Shown here: positions 62,654-64,000 of the stretch, one piece after another
Layout: each line of letters starts with the position of its first letter
Numbering within the stretch: position 1 is the stretch's first letter
DNA from: Gammaproteobacteria bacterium
GTDB lineage: Bacteria; Pseudomonadota; Gammaproteobacteria; HyVt-429
DNA length: 64,000 nucleotides
Direction of reading: 5' to 3'
Assembly: GCA_013152415.1 (NCBI GenBank)
Contig: JAADGI010000018.1
Location: 13,046 to 77,045 of the forward strand
Notes under the pieces: generated by a model
What the model was told of the DNA's origin: nothing
Databases searched by the model: none
Seen by the model: only the letters and a program-made list of their open reading frames with translations
Made by a program: the position numbers and the translations under genes

Positions 62654-62782
62654 GGGCCACAGACTAAAACAAATACCAGATCATTGCAGCTCCCAATACT
62701 CATCGGCCAGCACCAAGGGTGCCCATGGCGTCTTCAGATGAACCACAAGACCCAGCACCCACTAAGTAGCTGCGGCGCATGA

Positions 62783-62809
62783 CCCCGGATCAGGTTCGGG
62801 CAGGCTCTG
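62783..62809. repeat. Short REP-like hairpin
   Basis: CCCCGGA-TCAGG-TTCGGGG followed by CAGGCTCT, in the waaC / radical SAM intergenic gap. Confidence 0.4.
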
Positions 62810-63154
62810 GGGCCAGCGACTCAATCCGCCTGACCGTGCTGACTGTCGCCGGGCGTTTTATCGATGGCATCAGCCCCATAAACTGACGACTGCACCTTAT
62901 CGCTGGTAGATGTAATATCTACGTCTGGATCTTTGCAATAGGCCTGCTAATAATCAGGTGGCGGCACCCAAGCCTATGGGGCCATTTGCCTTTGGGCAGC
63001 GGCCACAGCAGTGATCCATAGCTTGCCTGCGACAATGATTGTGCTGGACTATCGACAAACCGCCATGGAAAAATGCTAATGTTTCGAGAGAGGCTAAGGC
63101 CAAACGCTGCATACGACCCGTATCTGATCCAATAAGCACGCGATCGCTGTGACG

Positions 63155-64000
63155 ATGAAAACCAAAAAATCCCTGATCTTTAAAGGAGATGCGGCCCGGC
63201 TCTTTGATTCCAGGCCCTGGATCGCCCATTTGTATGTCACCGACCAATGCAATCTGGACTGCCACTATTGCAATGAGTACGACAACAACATACCCCACCC
63301 ACCCCTGGATGACCTCAAGACCTGGCTGGACAAAATTCGCAGCCTGGGTGTGACCCGGTTAGGGCTCCAGGGGGGTGAACCCCTGCTACACCCCAATATT
63401 GTGGCGGTGGTACATCATGCCAAGAATATCCTGGGCTTTTCCAAGGTGGGGCTCACCACCAATGCCTTTCGCCTGACCCAACCTATGCTCCAGGCATTGG
63501 GGGAGGCCGGCCTCGATTCCATGCAGATCTCGGTGGACCGCATGACCCCCATCCCCAGTACGCGTAAGTCACTGAAGAGCGTGGCCCATAAGATTGATTG
63601 GTTTGCCGATTCCCCCATCCGGGTCCAGGTGTCTGGAGTGCTGTCCCACGAGACCGTAGAGGAGGCGTACCAGGTCATGGATACCGTCCTCGCCAAGGGT
63701 GAGCGCGTCCGTGCCCACCTCATACACGATGACCTGGTCAACAAACGTACACTGCGTCTGGATTTAGCCCAAGATGAGCTGCTGGCATTCATGGACCACC
63801 AGCTGGAAAGAAAACGCCGCGGTGACGCCGTACAATCATCCAGGACATTGTTGGGTTATCAGCGCGGCCTGATTTTGGGCGATCAGGCCGAGTGGGAGTG
63901 CGTGGCAGGATACAAATACTTTTTTGTCTCCGCCCAGGGCAAATTCTGGTTGTGCAGCCAACGCCGCACCGATCGAAACATCATGGACATGGAGGTTGCG
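63155..64000 (+). CDS. Radical SAM protein (3'-truncated; absent from the supplied ORF track)
   Basis: Translated by hand from ATG 63155: YVTDQCNLDCHYC (CxxxCxxC), QGGEPLLHP, LTTNA, QISVD, later CVAG...G...LC. No stop before 64000. Confidence 0.9.
   Translation, partial: MKTKKSLIFKGDAARLFDSRPWIAHLYVTDQCNLDCHYCNEYDNNIPHPPLDDLKTWLDKIRSLGVTRLGLQGGEPLLHPNIVAVVHHAKNILGFSKVGLTTNAFRLTQPMLQALGEAGLDSMQISVDRMTPIPSTRKSLKSVAHKIDWFADSPIRVQVSGVLSHETVEEAYQVMDTVLAKGERVRAHLIHDDLVNKRTLRLDLAQDELLAFMDHQLERKRRGDAVQSSRTLLGYQRGLILGDQAEWECVAGYKYFFVSAQGKFWLCSQRRTDRNIMDMEVA

Overview
Chromosomal segment of a Gammaproteobacterium, mostly mid-50s %GC by eye. The PPi-PFK/H+-PPase cluster and several small hypothetical genes suggest a chemolithoautotroph or methanotroph-like organism (inference). 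Left to right: an OlsB/OlsA-like acyltransferase pair; Pho-box-preceded pstCAB-phoU without pstS; a convergent DUF47-Pit pair; hemB; adk with a 116-aa poly-Lys tail; PPi-dependent PFK; K+-independent hppA; xerC-DUF484-dapF; cysQ-nudE/yrfG; small membrane and signalling genes; an AT-rich B-box/TPR plus rhomboid/TPR pair; zapE; TetR-GST; a 1366-aa internally duplicated membrane protein; an AT-rich accessory patch; trpB2; an AsmA-family gene; thiC with a TPP riboswitch; pcm; an LPS core cluster; and a radical SAM gene cut by the window end. I saw no rRNA, tRNA, CRISPR array, transposase or prophage. Best novelty candidate: one ORF (34707-36011) joining a DUF2857/BisC-like ICE activator domain to an RpfC/RpfH-like membrane sensor with no kinase. 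Second: polycationic tails on Adk and PPi-PFK inside a phosphate/pyrophosphate gene cluster. All family calls come from motif recognition by eye, not database searches.
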